From Oligoflexales bacterium (GTDB lineage: Bacteria; Bdellovibrionota_B; Oligoflexia; Oligoflexales; RGVZ01): 26,659 nucleotides of DNA. The stretch's first letter is position 1. Each line of letters begins with the position of its first letter. Both the position numbers and the translations under genes were made by a program. Location of the stretch: positions 1-26,659 of the forward strand of contig JBIIGV010000031.1 in assembly GCA_044236265.1 (NCBI GenBank). The letters run 5' to 3'. Positions 23,927-26,659 of the stretch are shown here, one piece after another. Under the pieces are notes generated by a model. That model ran no database searches. It was given only the letters and a program-made list of their open reading frames with translations, and was not told where the DNA came from.

Positions 23927-26020
23927 ATGGCAATTACCCCATTAACACGTGAAATCACAGTAGCTGGCAAAACCATCAAATTCGAGTTCAATAAATACGC
24001 GAAGCAAGCGAGCTCCGTCATGGTCAGCTGTGGTGACACACAAGTTCTAGTCTGCGTTGTTGCAGCCGAAGACCCCAAACCAGACCAAGACTTCTTCCCG
24101 CTAACGGTTGATTATTTTGAGCGTATGTATGCTGCAGGTCGCGTTCCAGGCGGATTTTTCAAACGCGAAACCAAGCCTAGCGAACATGAAGTTTTGACCT
24201 CACGCGTGATTGATCGCCCGCTGCGCCCCCTGTTCCCAGAGCACTTCATGACTGAAGTCCAAGTTACTTGTACAACTGTTTCCTATGACCCTGAGCACCA
24301 TCCTGCGCCACTGGCCGTGATGGGTGCAAGCGCTGCCCTCATGATCTCTGATATTCCATTCGATGGACCAGTAGCTGCGCTGCGGGTTGGCATGAAAGAC
24401 GGTCAATATATCATCGATCCAAAAGAAGGATCTGGTAGCGACCTCGATCTTAATATCGCTGCAAAACCAGGAGCGGTTCTGATGGTGGAAGCAGGAGCAA
24501 ACTTCCTCTCGGAAGAGCAAATGCTCGACGCCATCACCCACGCTCACAAACTGATGGAACCAGTATTCCAGATGCAGCTTGCCATCCAAAAAGAAATCGG
24601 CAGACCCAAGCGTCCAGTCAATCCTCCAGCTTGGGATGCTGACCTGGTAAAAAAAGTGACCGATATGGCCACTCCGCTTGTTGATAAAGCATTCACAATT
24701 GCGAGCAAAGTTGATCGCAAAAATGCGCTGTCAACCCTGACCAAAGACGTACTGACTGCCGTCAATCCAGATGCTAACTCCAGCACAACGAAAGTCGTCA
24801 AAAAAATCCTTGAAGAAGTACAGTTCAAGAGCATGCGCAACATGATTCTCAATACCCACAAGCGCATCGACGGCCGCGGTTTAACCGATATCCGTCCGAT
24901 CAGCTGTGAAACTGGAGTTCTCAAGCGCCCTCACGGATCTGCACTGTTCACCCGCGGCGAAACCCAGTCACTTGCCACGGTCACACTAGGAGCAGCCGAT
25001 GACGAGCAGCGTCTAGACAACCTCGTAACGCCAAACGCGGTGAAGTCCTTCATGCTGCACTACAACTTCCCTGGATACTCTGTTGGCGAGCCTAAGCCAA
25101 ATCGTGCTCCTGGCCGCCGGGAAGTTGGTCACGGTGCATTGGCTGAACGCGCCCTATCGCAAGTTATTCCTGATAAGAGCAAGTTCGGTTACACGATCAG
25201 ACTTGTATCCGAGATTTTGGAGTCAAACGGCTCTTCATCCATGGCATCTGTTTGTGCAGGGACGATGGCTCTGCTGAAAGCTGGCGTTCCGATTCAGGAG
25301 TCCGTGGCAGGTATTGCTATGGGCTTGATTAAGGAAGGGGATAAATTCGCGATCCTCTCTGACATCCTCGGTGACGAAGATCATTTGGGTGATATGGATT
25401 TCAAAGTTTGCGGTGGCCAAAATGGAATTACGGCACTGCAGATGGACATTAAGATTGGTGGCTTGACTCGCGAAATCCTAAGCCAAGCGTTAACGCAAGC
25501 TCAGGCAGGTCGCCGTCACATTCTCGGTAAGATGACCTCAGCAATTTCGACTCCATCCGAAATCAGCGAATATGCTCCGCGCATCTTCCAAATCAAAATC
25601 AAGCCAGATCGCGTTCGTGACCTTATTGGACCAGGCGGCAAGAACATCAAGAAAATCGTCGCTGATACCGGCGTGAAAATTGATGTCACTGACGACGGCA
25701 TGGTCAACATCGTAGCGATGGATGTGACCAGCGCAGAGGCTGCGAAAAAGATGATTCGCTCAGTGACCAGTGATCCTGAAATTGGCGCTATTTATCTTGG
25801 CGTAGTGAAGAAGATCATGGACTTCGGAGCATTCGTTGAAATCAAGCCAGGCACTGAAGGGCTTTGCCATATCTCTCAGCTCGACAATGCTCGCGTTGAG
25901 CGTACAGAAGACGTCTGCAAAGAGGGTGATGAGATGCTCGTGAAAGTTCTTGAGATCGACCGTCAAGGCAAGATCAAGCTTTCTCGCAAGGAAGCACTTG
26001 GCAAAAAACCTACAGCGTAA
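23927..26020 (+). CDS. pnp: Polyribonucleotide nucleotidyltransferase (PNPase)
   Basis: Motifs 'DFFPLTVDY', 'RIDGR', 'HGSALFTRGETQ', 'ESNGSSSMAS' and 'DHLGDMDFKV', followed by KH and S1 domains. Confidence 0.98.
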   Translation: MAITPLTREITVAGKTIKFEFNKYAKQASSVMVSCGDTQVLVCVVAAEDPKPDQDFFPLTVDYFERMYAAGRVPGGFFKRETKPSEHEVLTSRVIDRPLRPLFPEHFMTEVQVTCTTVSYDPEHHPAPLAVMGASAALMISDIPFDGPVAALRVGMKDGQYIIDPKEGSGSDLDLNIAAKPGAVLMVEAGANFLSEEQMLDAITHAHKLMEPVFQMQLAIQKEIGRPKRPVNPPAWDADLVKKVTDMATPLVDKAFTIASKVDRKNALSTLTKDVLTAVNPDANSSTTKVVKKILEEVQFKSMRNMILNTHKRIDGRGLTDIRPISCETGVLKRPHGSALFTRGETQSLATVTLGAADDEQRLDNLVTPNAVKSFMLHYNFPGYSVGEPKPNRAPGRREVGHGALAERALSQVIPDKSKFGYTIRLVSEILESNGSSSMASVCAGTMALLKAGVPIQESVAGIAMGLIKEGDKFAILSDILGDEDHLGDMDFKVCGGQNGITALQMDIKIGGLTREILSQALTQAQAGRRHILGKMTSAISTPSEISEYAPRIFQIKIKPDRVRDLIGPGGKNIKKIVADTGVKIDVTDDGMVNIVAMDVTSAEAAKKMIRSVTSDPEIGAIYLGVVKKIMDFGAFVEIKPGTEGLCHISQLDNARVERTEDVCKEGDEMLVKVLEIDRQGKIKLSRKEALGKKPTA

Positions 26021-26031
26021 TTGAGAGACTG

Positions 26032-26463
26032 ATGATTACTTTAAAAAGTAAATCACCAGAACTGATGCCGTCCTATGCTACTGCCGCTTCTGCGGCAGCG
26101 GATCTTAGGGCGGCATCTGAGCTTGTGATACCTGCCGGTCAACGTGGAAAAGTACCAACAGGCGTGTGGATTGAGAAAGTCGATTGGGACGCCGTTCCTG
26201 TGGGGATGATCCCTGAACTTCAGGTGCGCGCGCGATCAGGACTCGCATTCAAGCATGGCATCATGCTCACGAATGGCGTTGGCACTGTCGATGCTGATTA
26301 CCCAGATGAAATTTGCGTACTTCTCTTCAACTCAAGCAGTGAACCTTTTGTCATTCAAAAGGGTGACCGTGTTGCGCAAATCACTTTAAATTTGGTGCAA
26401 CGAATCCCTGGCCTTGACGCAGGCGGCAAGCGCAGCGGCGGATTTGGCTCTACCGGCGTTTAG
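26032..26463 (+). CDS. dut: dUTP diphosphatase
   Basis: Trimeric dUTPase motifs 'ADL', 'RSGLA', 'GTVDADY', 'GDRVAQ' and 'RSGGFGSTG'. Confidence 0.95.
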   Translation: MITLKSKSPELMPSYATAASAAADLRAASELVIPAGQRGKVPTGVWIEKVDWDAVPVGMIPELQVRARSGLAFKHGIMLTNGVGTVDADYPDEICVLLFNSSSEPFVIQKGDRVAQITLNLVQRIPGLDAGGKRSGGFGSTGV

Positions 26464-26480
26464 CAAAATAAGAAAAGGGG

Positions 26481-26533
26481 ACACACGACCAAACCCAAAC
26501 TAGTTTTTGAACAATTTGGGTTTGGTCGTGTGT
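26481..26533. repeat. Perfect 19-bp inverted repeat with a 15-nt loop (terminator or REP-like)
   Basis: ACACACGACCAAACCCAAA / TTTGGGTTTGGTCGTGTGT. On the minus strand it is followed by CCCCUUUUCUUAUUUU. Confidence 0.85.
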
Positions 26534-26659
26534 GGAGTTCCGCTGATAAAGTAGACACTCAGGACGCCCTTGTTTTTGCTTCATACAATGCAGGTGACAA
26601 ATATCCAAGCGTTGAATGAAGTCTCTCACGATTATAGACCATTTCAATCCACTCAAAGA
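26533..26659 (-). mobile_element. Right end of an IS3-family insertion sequence (truncated by the window edge)
   Basis: A TG-starting terminal IR candidate, TGGAGTTCCGCTGATAAAGTAGACAC (26533-26558), abuts the stop codon of an IS3-type transposase C-terminus. Confidence 0.85.
26559..26659 (-). CDS. IS3-family transposase OrfB, C-terminal 32 aa (partial)
   Basis: Manual translation gives FEWIEMVYNRERLHSTLGYLSPALYEAKTRAS*, matching the IS3 motif 'YN..R.HS.LGY.SP..YE'. Confidence 0.9.
   Translation of the reverse strand, partial: FEWIEMVYNRERLHSTLGYLSPALYEAKTRAS

Noticed and set aside
26450..26656. 68-aa minus-strand ORF in the track
   Set aside because: It is the wrong frame. The neighbouring frame encodes the IS3 transposase motif.
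26641..26659. ATTTCAATCCAC resembles the end of a type I-C CRISPR repeat
   Set aside because: It is a single copy with no spacers or cas genes, and it is explained by the codons for W-I-E-M of the IS3 transposase on the minus strand.

Overview
This is a bacterial chromosomal window, most consistent with Bdellovibrionota/Oligoflexia or a related deltaproteobacterial lineage (inferred from gene content and order only). The left part holds rho-prfA-prmC-AI-2E transporter (minus strand), then a small membrane protein, an SDR, a thermolysin-like lipoprotein with a sigma54-type promoter (all plus strand), and rimO and a class IV aminotransferase. The centre is a minus-strand flagellar cluster, flgF-G-A-H-I-J-M-N-K-L-csrA-fliW, preceded by carD-ribD_C-fliC and a Cys-rich lipoprotein with a sigma28-type promoter. 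The right part is rpsO-pnp-dut, a long inverted repeat, and the right end of an IS3-family element cut by the window edge (not in the ORF track). Main observations: (1) The CsrA/FliW circuit looks rewired. ANGGA hairpins sit on the csrA, flgN and flgJ leaders, while the local flagellin lacks both such a leader site and the FliW-binding Asn. (2) FlgH is heavily remodelled and carries a long coiled-coil and charged tail. (3) An unknown, probably flagellar, lipoprotein has an RBS that would be hidden in read-through transcripts. (4) There are candidate autoregulatory leaders for rho and rpsO, and an SD-masking hairpin for rimO. All RNA structures and promoters were identified by eye.
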